Shown piece by piece: positions 34,477 through 46,005 of a stretch of 57,480 nucleotides of DNA (position 1 is the stretch's first letter; each line of letters starts with the position of its first letter). The stretch spans positions 1 through 57,480 of the forward strand of contig JAUCBJ010003524.1 of assembly GCA_032718475.1 (NCBI GenBank), given 5' to 3'. The position numbers were made by a program, and so were the translations under genes. The notes below the pieces were generated by a model. That model did no database searches. It was not told the origin of the DNA and saw nothing but the letters and a program-made list of their open reading frames with translations. This stretch comes from Nemertoderma westbladi (lineage: Eukaryota; Animalia; Xenacoelomorpha).

Positions 34477-35060
34477 CAGATAATTTGTAGGCTGGACTGT
34501 TGTTCTGACTGTTGTTAGGTCTGAACGGATTGCAGTGCATGTAGAGTGTATGTCCGATAAAGAACGGTTAGGAAGTAGGGGCAGCCAGAGCTGTAAGGTA
34601 AATCCCCACCTAAAGAATAAGTCGTACTACTGGGTTAGAACGCATACTAACTAACCATTTCTGAGTCTGCATGTCCTGTAGTTTATTTAGGCTTGATAGT
34701 AGTCTGCCAGCGTTTGGTTTGTACTTTATTTGTGTAGTCTGTACAGGTACCGTAATATTTCTTATTCAGATAATTTATAGGCTAGATTGTTGTCTAGCTG
34801 TTGTTAGGTCTGAAGGGATTGTAGTGTGTGTAGAGTGTATGTCCGATAAAGTACTAGTTGGGAACGTTGGGGCAGCCAGAGCTGTAAGGTAAACCCCCTC
34901 TGAAAGAATAAGTCATACTACTCAGTTAGAACGCATACTAACTAACCATTTTGGAATCTGCACATACTGTAATTTATTTAGGCTTGATAGTAGTCTGCCA
35001 GCATTTGGTTTGTGTTTTGTTTGAGTAGTTTGTACGGGTAGCGTAATATTTATTCTTCAG
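34477..35060 (+). repeat. ~290-bp diverged tandem duplication in the LTR element's 5' leader
   Basis: CAGATAATTT(G/A)TAGGCT...GTGTATGTCCGATAAAG...GTAGTCTGCCAGC occurs at ~34477 and ~34768. Confidence 0.85.
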
Positions 35061-36379
35061 AGTTTATGCGATTATTCGCAACATTCATATCCCCAAGTTT
35101 ATTCCTACAGTAATTGTGCTCGTTATATATACCGTTATAGTTAAATTAACCCCGGTACTACATCAGGGCTGCTTGGCGTAGGTAAAGACTGGTGATTTTG
35201 TGCACCGGTCACTCCAGCAGATACCGTGGTTCTTTTAGCTGTTCAAGTATTTTTAACTACTGATTATTTGTTGTACAAGTACTTGTACCTAATTTAGGGT
35301 TTAGTGTACAGTGCTTTCCGAAGGTAATTAGTGTGTAGGCAGTATATTTGTGTTGTAAAGTGGTTAATAGGCACGTTGGTTCTGGTAGACCGCGGTAATT
35401 AACTTCTAGGTAGGGACACTCCGTGATACATAACGTAGTACCTATAGCGATACGGCTATAGGTCGTCAGACGGTGGTATTTTCCTATCTGGACAACGCAG
35501 TGTATTTACTACTACTTATTATTTTCAAATACCGTAGTATCCTATCCGTTTGTAATAACCAGATTTCTAACCCTTTGTTAGTCTGGTTTGTAGACTTCTT
35601 GTAAAATTACCCTAAAAATTCGTATTTGTGTTTTTTGTAATTTTTGTGTTTATTTAGAGATTGTAATCTCACCCCGAATTGTACGTAATTTGTAGTATTA
35701 AGTAACTTAGGTAAATTAGAATTATTTGTTTTAGTGTCCAACAAGTAGCACTTCACTGAGAGCGCACAGCTTCTGTGTAGTGACTCTTTCTCAGAAATAA
35801 TAACATTTATATCAAATATTGACAAAACCCATTAAACGGGTATATATATTATAAATCAACTCTAATGATTTATAAATAGTAGGCCTGCCATACAACAATT
35901 AGGTCTCAATATTAGTTGGACTACTGCTCAAATAACGGTAATAAAGTAAGTAAAGTAACCAAGTAACCCCTAAAATTCAGAAATTCAATTATTTAAAATA
36001 ATTGATATACCGGTATTTACGATAGGCCTATTATCTTTATTTCTATAAATTTAGGCTGAAATTATACCGGTATTCTGTAATTAATTCTAGTCCAGAATTA
36101 TACTTATATATACTATAAGTGTAGGCTGTATACCGGTATTCACGATAGGCCTATTATATATTTATATATATTTGTGCTAAAATTATATACCGGTATTCTG
36201 TGACAAACCTAGTCTGTAATAATACTTATATATATACTATAAGCATACCGGTATTCTAATATATTATATATATATCACGCTACACTGAGTAGCAGTATCG
36301 GTAATTAATTACTAGGCTAACAGTTAATACTGAATTACTAGACTTGCTTAGACTGTAGTATAGCAGTAGGCATTCAACT

Positions 36380-39300
36380 GTGCAAACAAACATGTCTGAT
36401 ACTAAGCAGAACCTGTCAGACAGTTTATTAGATGTAACTATCTGCGACTCAGATAGGGGTGTGGAACCGTCTAGACCTAAGTTCAGTTCACCTCCTACTG
36501 TGAGGAAGGTCATCCCTCCTGTAGTAATATCAGACCCTAGGCTAATCCATCACCGTAGGTCTATCATCGGTACTCGGGCCCAAGTTAAGCGGGATCAAGA
36601 AGCAGCTGTCAAACAGCAGCAACCTCCTAGCCAAGAACCTAGTTCTCAGCGACCCGAGAGCTCCAGTAGTTCGGATACTGTTGAGCTAACGACCGAACGC
36701 GGAGCAAAGATAGCGGATACGGTTTATTCGGATCCCCTTCTCATCCTTCCTGCAGCCGTACTCACCAGGTTATTGATTGCGGTGGAAGAACACCAGATTG
36801 ATTGGACGAGAAGTAAGCGATCGACCAAGGATAGTTATGCGGGATATACACGGGAAGAACTGAAGTCTATTGTCGAGTCGCAAGGGAGCTTCCCCGGACC
36901 CGGACTACCGTTTGACTTATCGGAAGCCGCTTGGGAAGACATACACAGGATGGGAGTAACAAAGGAAACCATCGATCCAGCTGTATGGAAGAGGTCAGCA
37001 GCCGGATACGTACAGGGATTCTTCAGCTCTATGGAGCGATTAGAGGAACAACTGTTTAGACAACCACAAGGACCTCAAGAGCAGGGAGAGCTGCTTTATC
37101 AAGTTAGAGAAAGAATTCTAAGAATCAGACTAATCTTATCTGCCTTTGAGGAGGCTTCGAAAAGAAAGCAAGACACGTCGTTGCAAGTTGCCGTAAAGAC
37201 TTGGTTACAGCGGGTGAGACTCCAAGTTCAAAGAGCTGCCCCGTGGAAATCGCAGTTAGATGAGCGCTCAACACTTGGGGAATCCACAGACGCTACCTTT
37301 TCCCAAGTGGAAAGTGAAGCGACAGCTGAGAAACCGCATAAGAGGGATGCTATTGACATCTATCTGTCAGACTATCAACGCTTTTTGGGTGATGAAGAGT
37401 TGAAGAGAAGGCTGGAAGGACTTAGCCCTAATAGTGAAGGAGCCAAACTTGTGTTGGACGTAATCGATGCGGATATGATAGCTGCGGACCAAGCTAAGTT
37501 TGATGAACATCTCCGCATCGCTAGAGCCCAAGAAGAACAAGTCAAGAAAAAACGAATAGAAGACAGAAAAGCAGTAGCAGTAGCAGTAGCAATGGCAACG
37601 GCGGAAGCTGAAAGAAAAGCTGCGGTAGCAACGGCAGTTGCAGCGGCTGAAGCGGAAAGAAAAGCGGCGGAGGCAGTGGCAGAAGCAGAACGGAGAGCGT
37701 CTGAAGAGGCCACCCAACTAGAGTTGGAAAATCTGCAAGAGACGCAAGACAACATAAATAAACAGTTAACAGATAGTCGAATGCAGATGATGAGTCGATC
37801 TACTCCCAAACGCCAAGGATATACATCATCGGAGGAAGGCGATACCACCGATCCTGAAGGCGGAGGAAATAGATCTCGTCTCAGTAGGCGTAGAAGAACA
37901 TCTCACCGGCATAAATTGCCTGATTTGCCCCCAGCTGTTAAAAGACAATTAGCTAGCACAGCCGTAGGTAGTACAGAACCCACAGACCAAATTATTACCA
38001 TAAATAGACTCCCTACTATAGTAGATGAGCCTGAAATAATTAGGCCTGTTCTTGAAATCACCCCTTCGGTGATAGAGACACCTGTGCTCCCTGAACCTAC
38101 CTTTAAATTCCCTTTACACAGCACCAAATTATCCGTGCCTAGAGGAGCAGCCCCTGAAACAGTGTCGGTCCTGGACTCCGAGCGAAATATAAAGGATATA
38201 TCGCCCATAGTCCCTCGTCTGCCCGCTACGACGTTGGCGAATCCCGCTTCGGCGGTTGATTGGGTAGACGAGAGATGGCGGGGGATGGATATTCTCCTCG
38301 GAAAGATGGAGGAGAATCAAGTGTGCTCCTCCCAACAGGTCCGAGAGTTAGAAGGGACTGTTCAACAGTTGAAGGGAACCGTAAGGGAAAGTAGGTTAGA
38401 GTTGCAAGAAGTGCAGCAAAGTATCGCGTTAGAACGCGATAAATTAGTCAATTTACAAAAGGGTATACCACCACCCCCTGTAACAATATGTCAACCCGTT
38501 AGGTCTGAAGTATCTCATGCGCAAGGTGTGGAGCCTACACGCATCTATACTGCTAGCGAAGTAGAAACTCCTATAGTAAACCCTATTAAGGGTAATTATA
38601 AACCTGTTGACAATGATATCCCTTATAGACTTGATAATAATCCGAGAAATTTATATACCGATAACTCGATATTAAATAACACGATGGCCCAAGAAAGTTT
38701 TACGCGTCAAATGGCTAGAACCGAAGCCCGCCAAGCGGTAAAGGTGGGAGAGATCGTCAAGTTCAATGGAGATGAGATGAAATGGTTACCTTTTAATGAA
38801 TATTATAAAGATAACATACAGAACTCTGTGCTATCTAACAGAGAGAAACTCAGATACCTCATCGAATGCTTGGAAGGACCTCCTAAGTTAATGGCGATAA
38901 AATTTGTTGGACATCCAGAGGGATTAAGACAAGTTTGGGATACTCTAAACTTCAGGTATGGTAATAGGAATAACATAGCTGGGTATTTGTATGCAAAGTT
39001 GGTAGCGCCCCGAAAGTTTATTAGCAGCGGGATTATCGAGTTTTCCGATGAGATTCAGGAGATCTGCCGACAATTAGATTGGCTAGGTAAGTCTCATGAG
39101 TATCAGAGTGCTATGGTAATTAGAGCAGTGACTTCTACTTTACCGAAAGGTGGAGTAGGTACACGCTGGGACAAGAAAGTGTTATATATGATGGAACAAC
39201 AACAACGAGACCCTACCATGGCTGATCTCATGTCATTCTTGGATGGCGAGGTGAAATTACAGCTCATAAAGCAGTCCAGAGAGAAGACATCGGAAAGTAA

Positions 39301-41026
39301 GGTAAGTGAGAAACCCGTTTCTAGGAGAAAGGTAACACCAGTATGTTATACCGACGACGGCGAAAGCCAGAATTCTCAAGGAGAGGATAGCGGGAAAGAT
39401 ACTGAAAGATCTTATTATGTCAATAAAACACCTAAAGAACAGGGGAGTAAATTCAAGTCTCGAACCAATGACAGGAGAGAACCGTTAAGAAAAACTCCTC
39501 CTACGTCTCCTAAGAGAATTCAGGTAAGAAAGCCCGATGAAAGAACGAGTGTGCACAATGTTGTTCAAAACAAGGTAAGTAACTTCAAACTGAAATGTGT
39601 GCTATGTGACGGGACCCACCGTTTGAATACGTGTGATGAATTCCTAAAGAAATCATTAACGGAGAGACGAGAAGTCATGTGGGATAAGCGGTTGTGTTAT
39701 AATTGCCTCAGACAAGGACACCAACGGCGAACCTGTTACTCTGACGCAAGGTGTGCAAAGTGCGGTGCAAAACATCATAGCTTGTTGCACACTGAATTCG
39801 AGCGAAACAGCCAGAGTCAGGTAAGTGATTCCGAACTACATGTCCAATTCAGTGATGTGAACGACACTGACCAAAGTTCTGAGATGGAAGGATTCTATAC
39901 GGATGAATTTTCCGACGAAAATGAATCCTGTTACATGACAAATACTGCAGTGTATCGAGCACTCACATATGAAAAAGACACCGACAGTGACCTCACCCTA
40001 ACTACTTCTGATCGACAACCATCTTGGAAAGCGACAACTTCCAATGTAGGAATCCGAGAATTTCCTGTAGTACAGTTAAGGGTCCACGGACCTAAGAGGA
40101 GTTATATAGTGAACGCCCTCCTTGACTCCGGTAGCACAGGAACATTCATCGACAAAGAACTAGCCGAAGACATATTTGCTGGACAACCCAAGTTCCGAAC
40201 TAAGCTAAACATGTCAGGGATTATGCAGGTTTGGAAATCTACCGTAATAGCGGATTATTATGTAGGCGCGTTGTCCACCCCCCAGGATGAACTAGGAGAA
40301 CACAGCATAAGCTCAGTAAAAATGGTAGCGATAAAGAACTTCGCTACCAGCCAAGTGGAACCTTATAACTGGGATGAGGACGATTTCACCCAGCGGCTTG
40401 AAATACCTAGATTCAACACCAATTACCCTGGAGTCCAAATACTCATCGGTCAAAATGCGCATGAAGCGCTCGAGACATTAGAGAAATGGCCTGCTCAACC
40501 GCAACCACTACAAGCTTATGCGGGAAGAACTAGAGTGGGTTGGTACTTTACGGGCCCTTCCCGTAGAACTCTCATGGAAAGATTACCGAAAGATCAGGTA
40601 TATCAATTAAGTGAACGGGAAGTGGAGAGCAGTGAAGTTGACGACCCAACTGAGGGAACATCATACTCCTCAGATAATGACGATAGCAACTCCAATGTAG
40701 ATCAATGGAGACATTGTCCCGAGACGATCAATCTAGCCGACATCGCTTCCAGAGGAGCAACTCCTCAAGAACTGATAGATACGCCAGCGTGGTTAGGTGG
40801 ACCCGACTTCCTAAGTAAAGAAGATGAATGGCCTCCTCATCTTACCCCGGCTAAGATTAGACAAGCCAAGGGAGCGGAGAAAGTAACACAACAACTCAAT
40901 CGCCCAGCTGGTCGTTTATGTTTACTGGAAAGAAACCGAAAACTGTCCGGAAACTATGGAAGGCAAGATACTCTTCCTACGACCACCTCCCTAATCCAAC
41001 AAATATCTAGGGACTCCATCACGTAA
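36380..41026 (+). CDS. BEL/Pao gag-protease polyprotein fused in frame to short RNase H and integrase tail remnants
   Basis: DUF1759-like KFNGDEMKWLPF...EKLRYL. Triple Cys/His knuckle CVLCDGTH..C / CYNCLRQGH...C / CAKCGAKHHSLLH. Protease ALLDSGS...ILIG...RTRVGW. Then directly QWRHCPETINLADIASRG..WLGGPDFL..WP and RPAGRLCLL. First ATG at 36392. Confidence 0.92.
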   Translation: MQTNMSDTKQNLSDSLLDVTICDSDRGVEPSRPKFSSPPTVRKVIPPVVISDPRLIHHRRSIIGTRAQVKRDQEAAVKQQQPPSQEPSSQRPESSSSSDTVELTTERGAKIADTVYSDPLLILPAAVLTRLLIAVEEHQIDWTRSKRSTKDSYAGYTREELKSIVESQGSFPGPGLPFDLSEAAWEDIHRMGVTKETIDPAVWKRSAAGYVQGFFSSMERLEEQLFRQPQGPQEQGELLYQVRERILRIRLILSAFEEASKRKQDTSLQVAVKTWLQRVRLQVQRAAPWKSQLDERSTLGESTDATFSQVESEATAEKPHKRDAIDIYLSDYQRFLGDEELKRRLEGLSPNSEGAKLVLDVIDADMIAADQAKFDEHLRIARAQEEQVKKKRIEDRKAVAVAVAMATAEAERKAAVATAVAAAEAERKAAEAVAEAERRASEEATQLELENLQETQDNINKQLTDSRMQMMSRSTPKRQGYTSSEEGDTTDPEGGGNRSRLSRRRRTSHRHKLPDLPPAVKRQLASTAVGSTEPTDQIITINRLPTIVDEPEIIRPVLEITPSVIETPVLPEPTFKFPLHSTKLSVPRGAAPETVSVLDSERNIKDISPIVPRLPATTLANPASAVDWVDERWRGMDILLGKMEENQVCSSQQVRELEGTVQQLKGTVRESRLELQEVQQSIALERDKLVNLQKGIPPPPVTICQPVRSEVSHAQGVEPTRIYTASEVETPIVNPIKGNYKPVDNDIPYRLDNNPRNLYTDNSILNNTMAQESFTRQMARTEARQAVKVGEIVKFNGDEMKWLPFNEYYKDNIQNSVLSNREKLRYLIECLEGPPKLMAIKFVGHPEGLRQVWDTLNFRYGNRNNIAGYLYAKLVAPRKFISSGIIEFSDEIQEICRQLDWLGKSHEYQSAMVIRAVTSTLPKGGVGTRWDKKVLYMMEQQQRDPTMADLMSFLDGEVKLQLIKQSREKTSESKVSEKPVSRRKVTPVCYTDDGESQNSQGEDSGKDTERSYYVNKTPKEQGSKFKSRTNDRREPLRKTPPTSPKRIQVRKPDERTSVHNVVQNKVSNFKLKCVLCDGTHRLNTCDEFLKKSLTERREVMWDKRLCYNCLRQGHQRRTCYSDARCAKCGAKHHSLLHTEFERNSQSQVSDSELHVQFSDVNDTDQSSEMEGFYTDEFSDENESCYMTNTAVYRALTYEKDTDSDLTLTTSDRQPSWKATTSNVGIREFPVVQLRVHGPKRSYIVNALLDSGSTGTFIDKELAEDIFAGQPKFRTKLNMSGIMQVWKSTVIADYYVGALSTPQDELGEHSISSVKMVAIKNFATSQVEPYNWDEDDFTQRLEIPRFNTNYPGVQILIGQNAHEALETLEKWPAQPQPLQAYAGRTRVGWYFTGPSRRTLMERLPKDQVYQLSEREVESSEVDDPTEGTSYSSDNDDSNSNVDQWRHCPETINLADIASRGATPQELIDTPAWLGGPDFLSKEDEWPPHLTPAKIRQAKGAEKVTQQLNRPAGRLCLLERNRKLSGNYGRQDTLPTTTSLIQQISRDSIT

Positions 41027-42658
41027 CAACATACGGAATGGGTGTGTGACTATACTATTTTATATTTATTTTTTTTATTTTATATTATGTATGTATTATT
41101 ATGCAAATTTATTATAATCGTTTTCTTTAATTTTATTTAGTAGAATGTTATTTTAGCGATTATTTGGTAGATTAGTGCAATATAAGTGCTTATTACTTAT
41201 TTACTTATATATTATATATTTAGTGCGACGGCGAGAAATAATTATTTTTCTCTTTCCTTACTGTCCGTATTACATTACAAATACGTAACTACAGTAAGGT
41301 GAAATGTCTGTACTTATCAAAGTACCATAAAGCCACTACTATATTCAAGTATTATTGGTAGGCAGAGTATTAGGAATGCAAAGTTCAGATCCTTGTGTCT
41401 CGGCTAAACCAAGCTCTGGGTAGACCTTGGAAACGACTTGCCTCTTCACACTGACATTGCTTCGTGCGATATTGCTCTCCTACCGTATATTAAATAATAC
41501 ATATAGTAGCGTGATGTCCCTTTAACAGTAGCGTATAACGCAAAATAAATCTGTTAAACCCTTTGACCATCTGCAATTCTAGTCGATTAAGATATCGCGG
41601 CACCCACCGATATACTTGAAAGACAAATTTCTAGAATCAGTGGTTAACGTCCCCAGACTTGTTCTGGAATAAACCGGTGCCCATCCTAAATATTAATTAT
41701 TAATATTTATAAAATCTGTCAAAATTTAGATCCTTTGAAATTCTAGTCGATTAAGATATCGTAGCACTCACCGATACTCTTAAAAGAGACAAATTTCCTA
41801 GAATCAAGGATCCCAGTCCCCAGACATGTTCTGGAATAAAATTGTGTCTATTTAACATTGAATAATAAAATTTACGGGAATAAATTTAAATTCATATTTT
41901 AATGAATTCCATAAATTGTCATTTTATACAATTTATAACATTCCCAAAATTCCATTAATTAATAGATCATGGGAGCGGAGATTCACCTATTAAGTGTATT
42001 AGTGTGCGAGAATCTCCAATATAGAGTCAATAGCCGATAAAATTCATAAAATCATATATAAAGATGATATTGACCATTAAAGACTTACTATTAAATAGCA
42101 TCCCAGATCTGTATGCATGAGAATTACCCTAATTCTACCGCTAGCTTTCCATAATGTCACCATAGCAAGAACCACGCTAGAATTAGAAGCGAGTTAACAG
42201 AACAATAAAAGGCTTGCTCATTGAATAGCATACGGAATAAATAGCACACTGTTAGTATCCAAGGATACATGATAATAACGTGACATTCTGGAAGGCACTG
42301 ACTAACGGACAAATGGCCGAGTGTGTGTAATTTGTGACAGTTGTGTGTGTGGAATTTGTGAGTTTATAGGCGAATGTTACTACTAAGGTGTGTTTACAGT
42401 AGCGAGTCGCAATTGTGAAAGTAACCTAACTCTCCAGTAAGAACCTGAAGTGTATCTAAGCCTTTGGGACGGACAGTGGAGTGACTCGTGCTAGTGTCGT
42501 TGTCATTGTGTAGCTACAACGTTGGCGAAAACACAGTGACGACGATACATTTGCGCTGAGGATCTTACACTGTCCGGGGGCTGATTGGGGTAGGCAGCGA
42601 CGCTCGCTAGCCTAATTATAAGCTCATTATAATATTAATAAACTCATATATAGCAGAT

Positions 42659-43961
42659 ATGGCGGAGTTGATAGAAGATGGTCTTGGTATCGGGGAGCGA
42701 TATACTCCACCTTTACAAGCGTTTGTTGATAGCTTGATACGCGGCGACGCTAGTCCAACTACTACGGAGGACGATGGTCGTTATATCGAATCGACGATTT
42801 CCTAGAAGCAACTTACGCGTGAATTGGACTATGGAAAATTCACTACTCGCTATACGCATCGTAATGGTACGTATATGGACTTCTTAACCACTGGCCATCC
42901 TATCGATTTACACGATACGGACTATGTCGACCATATATCCTGCCCAGCGGAGTCGGAACCATAAACTGAAATTCAAATGCGAAAATTCTATTTGAAATCG
43001 ACTCGAAAGAAAAGACACTAAAGAAACTAATGGACGCGGTAACTCCAACGTATATTTGGAATTCTTGATAGAAGCATTGTAACAACAAATAAATATCACC
43101 CACGTTTCCCCTACCAGACGTGCGTCTTTGGTATTATTACGATAAATGCCCTAGACCCAACTAATAAACGGAAAGACATAAACATCCACGGAAACCGAAA
43201 CTTGTTCGATGTATCACCTACGCTCGCTCGGCTCAAACGATCCTTAAATAAACCTATGATCAGAGTTCCGGAATACTCGATCAGACCTCCTCATTCCCTA
43301 GTGAGACCTCAGGCTCTTGATCCTATTAGTATGACGGATCCTCCCGAGCTGTACTCACCGTTCAGAGATCTAGTGTTATCCGAACCGTTAGTCGGTGGCA
43401 CTCCGGTTGTGGGCTCCCTAAATATCCGCCCATCTTACCTGGCCGGATTGGGGCACGGGCACCTGATATCGCCATTCAACCGTATAATCGTAATCGTCCC
43501 CGTTTAACACGATACAACCCGTCATCAAGGTGGAGGAGAGCGTTGTACGAAACGAGTTAGACGCTATTCTACAAAGATCAGAAAAGAAACCTACGTTTGT
43601 TCAGATAAACTTAAATTATAACAGCAAGTCCAAGCGGTAAACGGATTGGCTTTATCCCAGTTCGATTGGGAAATCCCGAATCTCTAAGACGATATTGAAC
43701 TTGGACGACCCTATTCTTGGCGAGAGTTTTGGACGAACGTATCCAACGATGAGCGGAGGAAAATCAGCTCGAGGAGAAGCATATCGAAATGGCGGATACC
43801 CCGACTATAATCCTACACCTTCTGATGCAATCATATTGCACCCTTCATCCAGGAGTTATAGCCCTCCTCGTAAAGTGGCTCGCCCCAAAGAGAAAAGGAC
43901 TCTTACTAGCCTCAAAAAACTGCGTAAACGCCGTCCGCGCAAGAAAAGACTAACTGTTTAG
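42659..43961 (+). pseudogene. Degenerate accessory ORF in the 3' region of the BEL element
   Basis: CpG-rich segment starting ATGGCGGAG (MAELIEDGLGIGERYTPPLQAFVDSL...). Broken open stretches at 43202-43507 and 43695-43961 end in KKLRKRRPRKKRLTV* just upstream of the PPT. Confidence 0.45.
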
Positions 43962-44031
43962 AGTATTTTTATATTTTAGAAACTGTGATTTTGTATATTT
44001 TATAGACTTAAATCCCATTTTCTGGGAGCGG

Positions 44032-45225
44032 TGTAAAAGCTTTTGTGGGATATAACTGGCCCTTTGCTCCGCAATCCAGTTCCCCCCCCAAGGCGCTGGA
44101 ATACTCTAAAAAGCTCCCTAACTCGAATGATGCAAGCTACCGGCTGATTGGCTGTATGTTGGGCCTCTTTGTTATGTTCGATCGGCCAACCAGAGCTATA
44201 ACAACAGAGTATGCAACCAGAGCAACCGAGCGGAGTGACTCATTTTGTGTGCTGCCCAAGGGCTGCAAAAACCCTGATAGTTAGGCATTTAGACATTCGT
44301 GGAACCTGCGGAATCTGATGCTCTGCCAATGAGAGCTTTTCCTTTCTGTGTTGAAATCTTCCTGCAACAGCTCACAGGGTTCAGTGTGTTGGTTTTTCCA
44401 GAGCCTAGAAACATCGGCCGTGGAATATTACTGAATTATTCCAACATTAGAACGTCTTTAATTATAAGATCACATAACTGTTACCTCAGAACAGCACAGC
44501 ACAGCACCGGAGGACCGGTACGGTACGGTACCTACTGCTGTATTGCACATTATTTACTGCTATTTACTGTTTGTTAATTGTATCAGTTGTTTATATATTG
44601 TTATTTGGAGAATAACGATAAACGATCAGAAACCCCGATCTTCTTGATACACTAAGGTTAGAGAGAACGGTTACATATAGCAATTGCGGCTTATATTATC
44701 GTGGTTTGTAGTGAATTGAATGCTATTTTATAGGCCCTACAAATGTCGGTTGCTATTCTCTTTATATATGATTAAAATCAGTGACTATCGGCAATTCAGT
44801 GTGCAGTGGTGTGCAATAGTCTGTATGTGCTTGTCCGCGTAATAAAGCATCTCCTAAAGAATGCGCCTTATGTGTAACTTATAATCCATTCCGTTGTGTT
44901 TAGTGTAAGCCATAGCTCTGTTTATATAGATAGAGCGCCACGTCCTAAAGGAACTGCTAATATTTCCCGAAAGTGAATGATATTTGTCAGGAATTATATT
45001 AACGATCAATCGAATAGTATGGTAGGCCTGCACCGCAATCAAATTAAAGCATCCGAATCCAGTCTTCCGGGTATATCCAGCGGGTGAATGGTCGCGCATA
45101 GACTGGCTTCGGCTAATGTTGGATTATTTGTGTCAAATACTTGTCATAGGCTAAAGTCGAACTATAACCTAGAAGACATATAGAATTGGCGGGTTAAACT
45201 GCCAAAGGTCTTAAAAGCGCGAACA
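44032..45225 (+). repeat. 3' LTR (1194 bp)
   Basis: Direct repeat of 32998-34205, followed by TSD TATGG. Confidence 0.96.
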
Positions 45226-46005
45226 TATGGTGTTTTGATGGAGCTTGTGAATTATTTACTAGCTAGTAATAGTATGTATTTAAAATGTTTAAAGCTGATT
45301 TTTTTAATATATTGCGTAAGTATATGTCTTGTTGGTTGGTTAACAAGCCTAAATTATTAACCTAGATATTAGCTGGATCTCATTCAGGGACTGTTATAAT
45401 ATCATCAATATTGTTGGTAATTAATATATTCAGCAACAGTTTAGGCCTAATTCTGAAATATCATTGTTTTCACAGGTATTTTTATAATTTCAAGGAAATG
45501 CTAGCTAGTAAAAAAAACACTAGCTACACCTTAATAAATAATATATAATAATGTTCTCGAACACTACCAATAACAAAAATAAAAAAATACAGTATTTTTA
45601 AAATTTCAAAAAATTCTAGCTAAATAACACTAGCTACCATAACAAATATCTCTACTAATGTTCTAGAACATTTACCAATATCAAAAAAGCACTAAAAAGT
45701 TGCTATCAGGAACCGGACAATTCGGCCCCGGACAATTCGGTCCCGGACAATTCGGTCCTAGGACAATTCGGTCCTAGGACAATTCGGTCCCGGACAATTC
45801 GGTCCCGGACAATTCGGTCCCATTTATTTAGTGTTTTGGGACCGAATTGTCCGGGACCGAATTGTCCGGGACCGAATTGTCCGGACCGAATTGTCCGGGA
45901 CCGAATTGTCCGGGACCGAATTGTCCTACATCCGATCGATATAATCGATCCGATCGATATAATCGGCGTTCTGAATACGTTAGAAATATGCGATTCACTG
46001 TAATA

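Larger units (their letters stand above)
32998..45225 (+). mobile_element. BEL/Pao LTR retrotransposon, non-autonomous (pol-deleted), 12.2 kb
   Basis: Two ~1.2-kb LTRs (TGTAAAAGC...GCGAACA). 5-bp TSD TATGG at 32993-32997 and 45226-45230. Purine-rich GGGAGCGG before the 3' LTR. BEL-type gag-pro ORF. Confidence 0.96.
32601..45934. mobile_element. ~1.1-kb foldback/MITE-like element with inverted 15-bp (GGACAATTCGGTCCC) arrays at both ends, split by the LTR insertion
   Basis: Termini CGGAAGCAGGACAATTCGG ... CCGAATTGTCCTACATCCG. Arrays at 32609-32840 and 45714-45926. Mirrored TAGCTAG/GTTCTAGAAC internal arms. No clear TSD. Confidence 0.75.

Noticed and set aside
37367-38335. Antisense ORFs inside gag, with similar ones inside the MULE, LINE and pogo ORFs
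   Set aside because: They are shadow frames of the real coding strand.
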